Shown: positions 39,901 through 53,009 of the stretch, one piece after another
How the letters are laid out: each line of letters begins with the position of its first letter
How positions within the stretch are numbered: position 1 is the stretch's first letter
Origin: Mustelus asterias
Lineage: Eukaryota
Reading direction: 5' to 3'
DNA: 64,000 nucleotides
Assembly (NCBI RefSeq): GCF_964213995.1
Contig: NC_135801.1
Span: 64,232,001 to 64,296,000 of the forward strand
Notes under the pieces: generated by a model
Databases searched by the model: none
What the model was told of the DNA's origin: nothing
Seen by the model: only the letters and a program-made list of their open reading frames with translations
Position numbers and translations under genes: made by a program

Positions 39901-40585
39901 AACTTCCTCGCTCCCAGTCTCCTCATCTTGATCCCCTCCCCCCAACCTATCTAGTTTAAATTCTCCCCAGTAGCCTTAGCCAACCTTCCCGCCAGGATAT
40001 TGGTCCCCCTGGGATTCAAGTGCCACCCGTTCTTTGTGTACAGGCCACACCTGCCCCTAAAGAGGTCCCAATGGTCCAGGAACCTGAATCCCTGCCCCCT
40101 GCACCAGTCCCTCAGCCACGCATTCATCCTCCACCTCACCTTCCCGTGGCACAGGCAGCAATCCTGAGATTACTACCTTTGCTTTCCTCCTTCTCAGCTG
40201 CCTCCCTAATTCCCTATACTCTCTTTTCATGACTCCTTCCCCCTTCCTTCACACATCAGCGGTACCAATATGTACCGCTACCCCTGGCTCCTATCCCTCC
40301 CACCTCAGGATCTCTGGGACTCGATCAGCGACATCCTGGATCCCGGCCCCAGGGAGGCAGACCACCATCCGAGACTCCCGCCTGCCTCCGCAAAAACGCC
40401 TGTCCGACCCCCTTACTGTCGAGTCCCCGATTAACACTGCTTTCCTCCTCTTTTCCTTAGCCCTGTGAGTTACAGGGCCGGACTCCACTCCGGAGACACG
40501 GCCACTGCTGCTTCACCCAGGCGGGCAGTCCCCCCCAGCAGTACTCAGGCAAGAGTACTTGTGTAGGGGCACATCCACCGGGGAT
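36989..40585 (-). mobile_element. CR1-clade LINE with ORF1 esterase domain and ORF2 (APE + RT), broken by deletions and frameshifts
   Basis: ORF1 SGNH/GDSL-like motifs VLIGDSTVRG, VCLPGA, GWHLNPRGT; ORF2 YFNARSI, AITETW, MGDFNFP, SDHN, PQGSVLGP, KFANDTK; (ttctatgt)n tail at 36989-37007. Confidence 0.93.
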
Positions 40586-42799
40586 GCTGTTAGGTGGGAG
40601 GTAATCCTCAGGAGCTGCTGGCCAATCGAACTGATCGGTAGCTCCAGCAGTCCTGGCAGCACCGGAGCTCAGTCGTGAGTGCTGCTGAGACTAAAAGAAG
40701 GGGCACAAAGGTGATCGATGGCTGTCCAGGAAAGGTAAGTCCTGGGGTTAGGGGGCAGGTAGGGGCCCTGTAGCCCAGCAGGGTAGGGGAGGGGGGAAAG
40801 GGAGGGGCTGGGGGCTGGGTTTTGAGAGCAGGTGGTGCAGAAAGGTGGGGGCTGATTTTCTTTGGGAGGGTATCCCATATGCACAAAGATGACCCCCCCC
40901 CCGCCCTCCCCCCCCACACCCATCTTTACCTTCCATCTTTCTTTTGTGTAGACCGTAAAAAATAACCTGCCTATGCCAGCCATATTATGCCATGGACAGC
41001 TTTAACCCGGTCAATAGACTTGCTAACAAACCTAATAGACTTTTAAATATGTATTTACATATGGTGGACTACCGATTTCAGCATCTGCCCACTTAGCATA
41101 ACATGGGGTGAGCTCAGGGATAAGCAAGAAGGTAGTCGGCTAGTCACCCAAACTATTTCATATGTCTCATGAGATGAAATTTGTACCGTGTAAGCTCTGC
41201 TCATTTGTACTGCAATTTCCCATTGAATTCCGGTGCAGGACCCTATTTGTTTGTTTCAGGCAGCTGCAGTGGACACCTAACTTCCAATATGACAACTGAC
41301 ACTCTGACAGGGCCGAATTAATACAGGAGGTCACAAATCAGAATTAGCCTCACTATCCTTCATTTCACAGCTCAGAAAAAACAGGCAAAATAATGTTGAG
41401 CTTTTGCTCTCAGTATAAGTATTTTGATGTTGCATCTGTACAGAAACTGCAGTATAACTCAAGAATTAGGTTGTTAATTTTTGTTGAGGAGGTAGTCTTA
41501 TATTCATGTCAGCTCCAGGATGTGATTCAGCCCAATCAGCTCTAAGTGCTCCCACCAATGGGAAAGCAGGAATGTTTCCTTCTGGCGTCAGCAGCGTCTC
41601 CCACGTTTAGCTTGTTTAAATATTCAAAATGTTAAACACCCTGGCAAGCCCAGCTTTACAAAGATCGGGGTGCCACCTTTAAAGGGTGCACGATCTCCTT
41701 CTGAGAGGCAGACTTCACCCACAATGCTTCAGAACAGAAGGACATCCCGCACCCCCCCACCCCACCACTGAAAGAGTGGGTCACCACCTCACCAGCTCCC
41801 CACCCCCACCCATACCATCTAGGCACAAGCGTGACCACTCCCCTGCCCCCCCCCTCCCCCAGAAGAGAGATACCCTTAGATAGGGTCCCCTCGGTCCCTC
41901 CCTTTCAGGCACTACCCCTTGGCAGTACCAACTTTGCAGTGCCCCTGACATCCTGACCAGGAACCTTGGACTCTGAAGGGGGGCAGCAGGTAAGTGCTGT
42001 GCCCTTGTGCTCCTGCCACTGCCAGACTGCAGAGGGAGGGTCCCCCAAGGGAAATGTGGGTGGGGGGTTAGGTGGTCTCAGCGGTTGACCTCTGGACTCT
42101 CCTCTGGGATAGAGGTCTCATGGCTACAGTTGTCCTTGTTACTCTGGGAAAGGTGGCGTTCACTTTCAGGATGGTGATTTCAGATGCCATTCTGGAATAA
42201 GATTGTCATTATTGGCTCCGTCCTTTAAAACCTTTGAAGTGCCCTGGTCACTTTGATATCCATGTTCCATGAACACCTGGAAGCCTGCAAAATTGCAGTT
42301 AAAAAATGGAAATGAGATCTTGTAAATGATCCAACCTGTCAATCAAAGGTAGAATATTTATAAACATTGTGGTTAGGGACAAAGGCAGCACTTGAGATGC
42401 ATTCAACCACAAAGGGGAAAAAAAATGAACATAGCTCTTTTCTAGTAGGTAAGTGATCCAAACTGTCAATCATATCACTTCAAAGGATCCAGACACCAGA
42501 TGCTATTCTTTCAACGATAGAAGGGAACTCCCAGTGAAATTGACCATCGAAGCATTTCAAAGGGGTTTCAGAGCAGCTGTGCTTTATGCGAGAAAGCATC
42601 TTCCAGGCAAAACTGATGTGTACTTTCTCTGAGAGCACTTTATAGAGGAATATTAACACCTAACATGGCACATGGGCACAGCAATTACCTCTCTGCTCCC
42701 CCCACCCCCGTCAGAGTACAAGGCCAAAACCCCCTGGTAGACATCCACTGGGAGGGTGGGTGCATTGCGGGAGGGTGTTGAATCAGGCTTCCAGCCCGC

Positions 42800-44907
42800 C
42801 AGTCACATGCAGATGAGGGATGAATGTTGTTCCTCAAGGAACAAATACTGGATGTCCTTGATAGATATGTCCCTGTCAGGCAGGGAGGAAATGGCCGAGA
42901 GAGGGAACCATGGTTCACGAAAGAGGTGGAATGTCTTGTGAAAAGGAAGAGGGAAGCTTATGTAGGGATGAGGAAACAAGGTTCAGATGGCTCGATTGAG
43001 GGTTACAAGTTAGCAAGGAATGAGCTGAAAATGGGGCTTAGGAGAGCTAGGAGGGGACACGAGAAGTCCTTGGCGGGTCGGATCAAGGAAAACCCCAAGG
43101 CTTTTTACTCTTATGTGAGGAATAAAAGAATGACCAGGGTGAGGTTAGGGCCGGTCAAGGACAGTAGTGGGAACTTGTGTATGGAGTCAGTAGAGATAGG
43201 CGAGGTGATGAATGAATACTTTTCTTCAGTGTTCATCAAGGAGAGGGGCCATGTTTTTGAGGAAGAGAAGGTGTTACAGGCTAATAGGCTGGAGGAAATA
43301 GATGTTCGGAGGGAGGATGTCCTGGCAGTTTTGAATAAACTGAAGGTCGATAAGTCCCCTGGGCCTGATGAAATGTATCCTAGGATTCTTTGGGAGGCAA
43401 GGGATGAGATTGCAGAGCCTTTGGCTTTGATCTTTGGATCCTCGCTGTCCACGGGGATGGTGCCAGAGGACTGGAGAATGGCGAATGTTGTTCCTCTGTT
43501 TAAGAAAGGGAATAGAAATGACTCTGGTAATTATAGACCGGTTAGTCTTACTTCGGTGGTTGGTAAATTGATGGAAAAGGTCCTTAGAGATGGGATTTAC
43601 GACCATTTAGAAAGATGCGGATTAATCCGGGATAGTCAGCACGGATTCGTGAAGGGCAAATCGTGCCTCACAAATTTGATAGAATATTTTGGGGAGGTAA
43701 CTAAGTGTGTTGATGAAGGTAGGGCAGTTGATGTCATATACATGGATTTTAGTAAGGCGTTTGATAAAGTCCCCCATGGTCGGCTTATGATGAAAGTGAG
43801 GAAGTGTGGGATAGAGGGAAAGTTGGCCGATTGGATAGGTAACTGGCTGTCTGATCGAAGACAGAGGGTGGTGGTGGATGGAAAATTTTCGGATTGGAGG
43901 CAGGTTGCTAGCGGAGTGCCGCAGGGATCAGTGCTTGGTCCTCTGCTCTTTGTGATTTTTATTAATGACTTAGAGGAGGGGGCTGAAGGGTGGATCAGTA
44001 AATTTGCTGATGACACCAAGATTGGTGGAGTAGTGGATGAGGTGGAGGGCTGTTGTAGGCTGCAAAGAGACATCGATAGGATGCAAAGGTGGGCTGAAAA
44101 ATGGCAAATGGAGTTTAACCCTGATAAATGTGAGGTGATTCATTTTGGTAGGACTAATTTAAATGTGGATTACAGGGTCAAAGGTAGGGTTCTGAAGACT
44201 GTGGAGGAACAGAGAGATCTTGGGGTTCATATCCACAGATCTCTAAAGGTTGCCACTCAAGTGGATAGGGCTGTGAAGAAGGCCTATAGTGTGTTAGCTT
44301 TTATTAACAGGGGGTTGGAGTTTAAGAGCCATGGGGTTATGCTGCAACTGTACAGGACCTTGGTGAGACCACATTTGGAATATTGTGTGCAGTTCTGGTC
44401 ACCTCACTATAAGAAGGATATGGAAGCGCTGGAAAGAGTGCAGAGGAGATTTACCAGGATGCTGCCTGGTTTGGAGGGTAGGTCTTATGAGGAAAGGTTG
44501 AGGGAGCTAGGGCTGTTCTCTCTGGAGCGGAGGAGGCTGAGGGGAGACTTAATAGAGGTTTATAAAATGATGAAGGGGATAGATAGAGTGAACGTTCAAA
44601 GACTATTTCCTCGGGTGGATGGAGCTATTACAAGGGGGCATAACTATAGGGTTCGTGGTGGGAGATACAGGAAGGATTTCAGAGGTAGGTTCTTTACGCA
44701 GAGAGTGGTTGGGATGTGGAATGGACTGCCTGCAGTGATAGTGGAGTCAGACACTTTAGGACCATTTAAGCGGTTATTGGATAGGCACATGGAGCACACC
44801 AGGATGATAGGGAGTGGGATAGCTTGATCTTGGTTTCAGATAAAGCTCGGCACAACATCGTGGGCCGAAGGGCCTGTTCTGTGCTGTACTGTTCTATGTT
44901 CTATGTT
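42800..44907 (+). mobile_element. Young 5'-truncated CR1 LINE with an uninterrupted 667-aa ORF2 (RT, no endonuclease)
   Basis: ORF 42824..44827 with KSPGPD, QHGF, YMDFSKAFDKV, PQGSVLGP, KFADDTK; 3' gggccgaagggcctg and a (ttctatg)n tail. Confidence 0.95.
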
Positions 44908-46224
44908 TTGTATTATTGTTGGGTTCCCACCCGTTTTGGATGGGAACCTTATCTGAGCCGGCAGGACAGGCTGGGAGCATTGTGACGGGTTTGTCACCCA
45001 GCAAGAATCCCATTTTAGGCCCCATGTCCAATTTCATGGGCCATCGGGATTCTGCCAGGGGCGAGCAGGCCCCAATGTCTTAATAATTAAATAGAGATGG
45101 CAGCATAGTTCAATTCTAATTATTCGAGATAACCCAAAGCCAATTCCAGTGGCAATCCTATAGCGTAAAGGCAATATTAAGAGTGCAGAAAGTTCAAAGT
45201 AGATTTGTTCTTTATAATTTCATTGATAAGTGGTAATATTTGATACATTATCACATTCAGTATTTCAAAATATCTCTGGCACTAATATCTAGTTGAGCCT
45301 CGGTTTGTCAAAAAGTGACTGCGAAGCGGATACAAAGGAAAATCTTGTTTGAACTAATTCAAAATTAGATTAATTGTTTTAACTTTTCTATTTTGTTAAT
45401 CTTCTGTGTTTGTTTAGTTGTAAAAATATTTGTCTTCTGAGAACAAAACATTACTTTGCCATCTTTAACAAACTTATTTATAAACTCAAGATTAAATTCT
45501 TCAGCAACTATTTAACAAGCTATGAGGACACCAGAAGCATTTAATGAGGAATACATTTGCCTGAGTCATGATACCTAATCCTGCAATTCTTGTGGAAATG
45601 TTTTGAGCATTGGTCGATGAGGAGTAAGTTTATAGCTGATGCTCTGCTGTGGCTCTGCACAGCCTGGCTAGACCTTTACAGGTGAAAATTGAAGCAAATA
45701 ATAAAATACCTTACAGGAAATTTGTTCATCGATTCGTTAAATAACAGATCATTCTACATGTAATAAGGTGCAAAATGCTGCCGTAAGCATGTTTAATCCA
45801 TAGAACTGCTAAATGATGTTTGGTGCTCTTTTCTTTTTATACCTGAATCTGGTGATCGTGTGGTCATTGAAAATGCTGCAGAAACTACAGAAAATAAGCA
45901 GCATCTGTGAAGAGAGTTACCACTTCAGGTCAATAACCTATCAGCTTTTCAGCTTCCGCACTACTCTACTTTTGTCATTTGCTCCTGGTTCTCCAGGATT
46001 ATTTCGAAGTTGGACAAATTTGGGGGTAACAGTGAATAAATGCTACCACTTCATTTATCACTCAGCTCTTTTAATAGATTAACTTCTCTGCTAAAGATGA
46101 AAACAGAAGTATGGCATGTTGTTTGCCCTCTGACCTATATTCTATTCTTGGCTACAAAGTTCAACATTCTATTTTTCACCATGGACATTCAACCCTTCTA
46201 TAGCTCCATCCCCTACCAGGATTG

Positions 46225-46490
46225 ATTGATGAGATCTTTGAGATAAGCGTTAGCCAGGATACCAAAGATGACTCCAATCTTCTTCTTTAGAATAATGCCT
46301 TTGAATACTTTACATCCACCTGAGAGAATGGACAGGGCCTCATTTAAAGTCTCGTCCAAATAATGGCGCCTCTGACAATGCAGCACTCCCTCAGTATTGC
46401 ACTGCAGTGTCAAGCCTATATTTTGTGCATGGGTCTCTGGGGTGGAACTTGAACCCACAACGTTCTGATTCAGGGGTAACAGTACTGCAG
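46225..46490 (-). mobile_element. Deu-domain SINE (SacSINE1/AmnSINE-like)
   Basis: Minus strand gtgggttcaagttccacccc, then gtgcaatactgagggagtgctgcattgtcagagg...aggccctgtc...caggtggatgtaaa, matching my recall of the Deu core. Confidence 0.7.
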
Positions 46491-46806
46491 TAGGGTTTGA
46501 CAGCTTCAATATCACATGTATGTGTGCTCAAATTGAAATGGTTAAATCTGGTAAATTACTTTTAATTGAATTTCTAGAATAGAACAAGGGAGTGAATGTC
46601 AAATTAAGGACAGATATTAGAAAATACAATGATCAGAGCATGAAATGGACCTTCAGGCTCGAACTCTTTGGCATTTAAAGTACAATTGGCTGCTATAAAA
46701 CTCTTTGAGTAGGTGAAATAAGATGGTCCATGTCTGTAATTGTGTTCTTGTGAAGAGATATGCTGTAGTACAAATCTGTGACACTGTTGTGAATTCTGTG
46801 TTTCAG

Positions 46807-47057
46807 AATGTGGTGGGAGACTGAAAGCTGAAATAAAATCCAAGGATCTGTATTCTCATGCGCAGTTTGGAGACAACAACTACCCAGGTCAAGTAGACTG
46901 TGAGTGGCAAATTATAGCAGAGAAAGGTTATGGGGTGGAGTTGTCGTTCCAGACATTTGAAGTGGAAGTGGAAGCTGACTGTGGCTATGACTTTATTGAA
47001 CTGTTTGATGGCTTCGATACAACAGCTTCAAGGCTTGGACAATTCTGCGGATCAGGG
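46807..47057 (+). CDS. TLL1: TLL1 exon: N-terminal part of CUB5 (251 nt, phase 1/0)
   Basis: tgtgtttcag acceptor, gtaaga donor; [84 protein letters not shown]. Not in the ORF track. Confidence 0.97.
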
Positions 47058-47639
47058 GTAAGAAATGTGACAGTGGTTTAGCCATTTGTTATTCGCTGAC
47101 TATTTACTATGTAAACTTTACTAATCCTATAAAATGGTAATAATATTGATTAAATTTACTCCTTGTATTTAACCAAATTTTCTTAACAATGTGAAATAGA
47201 ATTACACATAATTTTATCACACAGAAACATTCAGCCCACAGGCGTATGCCCAGTATTTATGCTCCGGACCAGCCTCCTTCCACCTTTTCCTCATTCACCC
47301 TACCAGCAAATCCTTCTATTCCTTTCTCGCTCATGCACTTATCACACTTGCTCTTAAATAATGTGAAACACATTAATGGCCTTGAATTTCTGTGGCAATT
47401 GTCCCAATCCTCCTCTCTAACTTGGTGGGATATTGGCAGTTCCCTGGATAAGTGGTGTAATTAACTGTTTCAAGTCTTACACCATCCCACTGGAGGTTAG
47501 GCCAAGTTACTGTCAAAGCTCTTGAAGGAGAACCCTATGGAAATTCAAGGCCATTTCTTTCTTCCATAAAGTAATATCTGTTTTGTTTTCACAGTGAACC
47601 TTACACAAATATATGTTCACAGAGATAATTATCTAATTG

Positions 47640-48005
47640 AAACATGCAAAATTCTAAAAGTGATTGACAAGATAGAGACTAAGACCTTGTTTCTATTGGG
47701 TGGGGAATCTAGAACATGGCCCACAGCTCAGAATAAGAGATTGATCACTTGAGACTGAAATTAGGAGAAATTTCTACACTGAGTTATGAATCTTTGAAAT
47801 TCTATACTCCAGAGTTTTGTAGAGGCTCCATCATTGAGTTTGTTTCAAGCTGATATAGACAGATATTTGGTTTCTCAGGGAATCCAGGGATAAGGGGAGC
47901 AGGTGGGAGAGTGGAATTAAGGCAAATCGACCATGATAATATTGAGTGGCAGAATGGACGTCAGGGATTTTTTGGTCTACTGCTGATCCTGTTTCTTATG
48001 TTCTC
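47640..48005 (+). mobile_element. Old CR1 3' fragment
   Basis: ctaattgaaacatgcaaaattctaaaag...gagactgaaattaggagaaatttct...gtttcttatgttct tail. Confidence 0.65.
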
Positions 48006-49460
48006 AGTCTCTGCAGAATTTTGACATGGTTGATATTGCTATCCTCCTCCAATGCCATTCCTCTGTTGTCTAGCTGAGTGGAACTGCCCTCACCTGGTTC
48101 GAATTCTTATCTATCTAGTCGTAGCTAGAGAATTTCTTCCTCCAGTTCTTTGTCCCAGAGTCTCCCAAGGAATTATCCTTGATCTCCTTCTATTTCACCT
48201 TTAAGCACTGCTGCCTCACAGTGCAAGGGACCCAGGATCAATTCCCGGTTTGGGTCACTGTCTGTGTGGAGTCCGCGCATTCTTCCCGTGTCTGTGTGGG
48301 TTTCCTCCGGGTGCTCCGGTTTCCTCCCACAGTCCGAAAAACGTGCTGGTTAGGTGCATTGCCCATGCTAAATTCTCCCTCAGTGGACCCGAACAGATGC
48401 CGGAATGTGGCAACTAGGCTAATAAATAAACTTTAAACTTTACATGTGCCCTTAGCGACATCATCTAAAGACATGTCATCAGGTTTCACATGCACACTGA
48501 TGACATCTGCCTCTGCATTGTCAGACTGCTTTTTGTCTGCAGTTCCTACTAGAAATTCTGCTCCCTCACCCCTGACTCCATCCTCCTTCCTAGCCAATTT
48601 ATAAATTTGAACAGGATTCTTCACAATCTCACAACCTCAGTATCCTATTTGACCCTGAACTAAGTTTGTGACCCCATATCGTCCCCATCACAAAGGCTGC
48701 CTATTTTCACCTCTGTAACCTCATTGGCCTCAGCCTAAATGCTGCTGAAACCCTTATCTTTGCTTTTGTTACCTCCAGACCTGACTATGCCAGACTCGAC
48801 TGATTATTCTAATGCTCTCCTGGTTGGCCTTTCATTTTCCACTCTCCAAAAACTTGAACACATCCAAAATTTAAGCTGTCAGCATCCTAGCCTGCACCAT
48901 TTTCCCCTTTGCTCATGAACCTTAGATTGGCTCTCATTCCACCAATGCCTCAACTTTAAAAATCTTATCCTTGTGTTCAAATCTCTACATGGTCTCACTG
49001 CACCATATCTCTGCAGCCATCTCCAACCCTACAATCCCTCATGAACTTTATGTACCTCCAGTTCTGGTTTTTATACATTCCCATTCCCTTTTCCCCTTCA
49101 TAGGTGGCATGCCTTCAGCTGTCTTGCCCTAAGTTTTGGAATTCCTCTGCTGAACCTTTCAATTTCTCCACTGCTATTTTCTCTAATGCTTCTTTGTTGT
49201 ACACAGCCATTTGATTGCCATGTAGTCGCACAAGCACACATCTTAAAAGGGTCGCTGTTTGTATATGACCTTCCTGTTTCCTGCACACATGTTCCTGATT
49301 GCTACCCATTTGTACAGCCACACAGCTAACAAGAAATCTTGTTCTCCACCTCTCTGATGTCTCCTGGTTCTATTTGTCAGTTTTTGTCTGATTATGCTCC
49401 TATGAAGTGCCTTGGGAGGTTTTACCAGGTTGCAGGCACTAAATAAGTACAAGTTACTGT
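48006..49460 (+). mobile_element. Old L2-clade LINE 3' region with a SINE inserted at 48202-48438
   Basis: Decayed RT motifs (AEFDMVD, LTWFxSYLSSR, HTDD), ETLIFAFVTSRPDY-like peptide, L2-type 3' end tgaagtgccttgggagg. Confidence 0.65.
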
Positions 49461-49527
49461 CATGTATTTTCTGGGCCCAGTTGTCTTTTACAAGGTAGTT
49501 ATTATTCATTTGTTTTCATTTTTACAG

Positions 49528-49662
49528 CCACCTGAAGAAATCTATTCGACAGGAAATGCCATTTTACTTCATTTCCATACTGACGACACAATAAACAAAA
49601 AGGGATTCCATATACGATATACAAGTACAAAGTTCCAGGATGCCCTTCACACCAAAAAGTAA
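49528..49662 (+). CDS. TLL1: TLL1 terminal coding exon: end of CUB5 and stop (135 nt)
   Basis: ttttacag acceptor; [44 protein letters not shown] then TAA. Confidence 0.97.
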   Translation, partial: PPEEIYSTGNAILLHFHTDDTINKKGFHIRYTSTKFQDALHTKK

Positions 49663-51740
49663 TCTGATCCTCAGTATGATTTCCATTTCTCTTTTTTTAA
49701 CAAAAGCAAAAATAACCTGAACTTTTTTTATAATGACAGTGTAGTGAGGAACTGAAAGATGTGTATTGTTGAGTTGACTGTGTGCAGGTGAGGTATTCCA
49801 GTAGAAGGTTCAATGTAAACTCCCAGCGCAGGCTAACAGTTAGCCTGGGAATTAAACTGCAGTCACAGAATACTGCCTTCCTGCAGGATGATTATCAAGG
49901 TTTGTGTGCTGTGTTGACTTTGGTCACTAAAGACTACAGAGGTTCACTCAGTGAAATATATCCCCATGCAGACTACTCTTCATCTCAGCCACCTGCAATA
50001 TCCATAGGAATGAAGCTACGTCAGAGCACAATGAGCTTCTCTGTGTCTCAATCACAGATTACTTTGTCAGACACCAAGGACAATAAAAGGAGGAAAGATG
50101 CATTCTCTGTACTGTTCAATCTTCAACATGTGGTTTCACAGTATAAAGGCAAACCGTTTACTGCATAATTTATGGGGCTCTGCAAGTCTTTTTTCCCATT
50201 TTTTTTTAAACTAGATGTCTTTACTGACTGTATTACCTGTGATCATGTCTCTCTGTTACATGACTTCATGCAGATGAGCATTGTAGCAAGCTGTGAATTC
50301 CTTCAGTACCAAAAACAGATTTAAGAGCATTGAAAATCCTGATAGCGTTTTCTATATTTTGCCACTGGAATGTTCCAGGATAGTTTTTTTATATATATAT
50401 ATGTTGGTAGTTTGCACTTAGAATGATATTGTGGGGCCTGCTTTCAGGCTGCAGCTATTCGATGTGTCTCTGGACTGTATGTAAATCACCTGAGGTTGTA
50501 AGCATATGAATTGTATGTGTATGAAAATTAAATTAATAGGTAACCAGATAAACATAGTATTTCCACAATAGAATGAGCAAAATGATCACAAAATTGAAAG
50601 AAAAGAAAAATTGCTATCTACAATTCCTTAACAGTACCTTTATAACTATTCCATGTGCTGAAAAATCTGTAATCAAACTGTTGATAAGTTTAAGTGCTAC
50701 AAATCCCAGTGAGTGAGACAAACAGAAAGGTTAAAACATGTAAACCATATTCCCACTTTTCAAGTTCAACTTTGGGAAACTGGGATGTCTTCTTAAAACT
50801 GTGGATGAACCAAAACTGAAGAGAAATATTAAACCCTGGAAAGGATGAGAAAGGCCACAGAACATGTAATGTCAAACAGATTTCTTATGGTGCTACTCTA
50901 CATTCAAAAGCATTTTTTGGGTTTATGAGCCAACAATCTTGAGAACCTTGTATGATTGTCGAACCTGGTTCAGAACATGAACAGAAGGACAAAGAGAAGA
51001 ATCAGCTTGGACATGAGATGAAGTCATCATGCTACTAAAGCACTAGGCCTGTGGAGACTGAAATAATTAATGCCTTAGAGTGATTCATTGTAAATCCTTG
51101 CACATGACAAACAAATCTTTCTGTGAAACAAAGCTTTGACTACATGTTTCAAAATAATTGAACAACTTGAACTTTTTTCTTATTTTTGCCATGTATAAAA
51201 CAGGTTCATACAGTCAACCTGTTTAAAAGTTACACAAAAATGAAATGTTTCAATGTAATTGATGTATAGACATGTTGAGTAGACTGTTTCTCAACTGGTG
51301 GTTCAAGGTCTAGCCATTTTTTTTATGTTCCATAATATCGAGCATTTAGTGTGACATACGCATTATTATGTGTTAATTTACAAAGACATTATAAGGCAAG
51401 GTTCAACTTTTGTGTTATAGCTGAATGGTGAAAATGTTACAGTATGTGCCAAGTTCCACTTGAGTCTGTTTTGTTGTAGCTTATTTGTTCTTTTTGGGTT
51501 TTTTTGCTGTTGTTTATAACCAGAAAATCGTGGCTTCTGAAGCTTCTCATTAAAGGTTCTTTCAGGTCAAGGTTCAGGAGTAAAATCAAATCTCATTGCA
51601 GGAAATGTTACTTTGCAATGTTTTTTCACACAGTAGATTGCTAATTAAGTTAGCAGCAATTAATCTATTTGTATCTGTATAATATCCTATGTCCATGAAA
51701 CATCACTAGCACTAATAAATATGTTTCTACAAACATTACC
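49663..51740 (+). other. TLL1: Putative TLL1 3'UTR (about 2.05 kb)
   Basis: AT-rich, with no recognisable repeats from the stop codon to AATAAA at 51714; transposon sequence resumes at about 51765. Confidence 0.65.
51714..51719 (+). terminator. Likely polyadenylation signal
   Basis: AATAAA with upstream tgta motifs and downstream T/GT-rich sequence; a proximal AATAAA also lies at 50082-50087. Confidence 0.6.
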
Positions 51741-52697
51741 TGAATGTCAGTTTATAATTTATCCAAAAGCAAAATACTGCCTATGCTGGAAATCAGAAGT
51801 AAAACAGAAAATGCTGGGAATTACCCAGCAGGTCAGACAAGAGAGAGCCAAGCGTGCATAATGAGGCTTGTCTAAGAGCCGAGACATTCATTATTCTGTT
51901 GAAACAGCTATACTCCAAGGAAAACATTACTACGTTGATAGCTCTTTCTCTGTGCAATTGACAATGGTAGATCACAATGCTATTTACACAAGATAAAGTG
52001 ATTTCAAGTATAAGCACTTTCTGCCACTGATATTTTAAAGGATCTGGATGATTGACACTTTTGAAGTGTTGTAGTAAAAGGAATTTTTATAAATGACTGA
52101 CATTGTTAAAGCTTTTTCACACATGAAGAGGTTGCCAAAATATTCAGTGGCTCTGTATAAGAGTGTCTACTGGGTATAGAAGTGCATGGTGGATATGAGG
52201 GGCCAAGCATGTTGGATATTGGAAAAAGATTGGTGTGGAGGGTATGAGGGGTCATGAAAGAAGATGGATGAGGGGTATGAGTTGGCATAGATGGGCATGG
52301 GGATGATGAGGGGGTGCGAAAGGTGAGGGCTAGAGGGCTTTTTTTGTTTTATTGATTTTAGTGCAACAGAGACAAAGTCCCAGAGCACCAAGGCGGACAT
52401 TTTAAACAGCCCGCCTCCACATCGTGCAACCCCTGTGGCTGCCACTCAGTTATTTTGGGATATGGCAGACCCAACTCCAGTTGGCTCCCCTCCCCCAGAA
52501 TGAAATCCAGCCTTTGCAGGCATTTTCTTCCCAAGCGGGCACGTGAAGCTTGGAAATTACCCAATTCTCGCTACCTTCCTCAAAGATGAAAATCTAGCCC
52601 AATGTTTCAGGTCAATAACCTCTCGTCGGAACATCCAATAATTTATTCTATGTCACAACATTTGCTGAGTATCTAAATTGTAAAATCACAATTATTA

Positions 52698-53009
52698 GGG
52701 TGGCACAGTGGTTAGCACTGCTGCCTCATAGCACCAGAGACCCGGGTTCAAGTCTGGCCTTGGGTCACTGGCTGTGTGGAGTTTGCACATTCTCCCCATG
52801 TTGTGTGGATTTCCTCGGGGTGCTCCAGTTTCCTCCCACAGTCCAAAGATGTACGGGTTAGGTTGATTGGCCATGTTAAATTGACCCTAGTGTCAGGGAG
52901 ATTATCAAGGTAAATATCTGGGGTTGCGGGAATGGGGCCTGGGTGGGATTGTGGTCGGTGTAGACCCGATAGGCAGAATGACCTCCTTTTGCATTTTGGG
53001 TTTCTATGA
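52698..53009 (+). mobile_element. HE1/V-SINE-like SINE, near full length
   Basis: gggtggcacagtggttagcactgctgcctc head, ggttcaagtc B box, core, ttctatga tail. Confidence 0.88.

Noticed and set aside
39298-39954. 218-aa plus-strand ORF
   Set aside because: Antisense shadow of the CR1 endonuclease frame.
49782-50168. 128-aa ORF downstream of the TLL1 stop
   Set aside because: GTG start, lies in the presumed 3'UTR, no recognisable motifs.
52698-52770. tRNA gene
   Set aside because: The A/B boxes belong to a tRNA-derived SINE head that continues into SINE core and tail; no cloverleaf.
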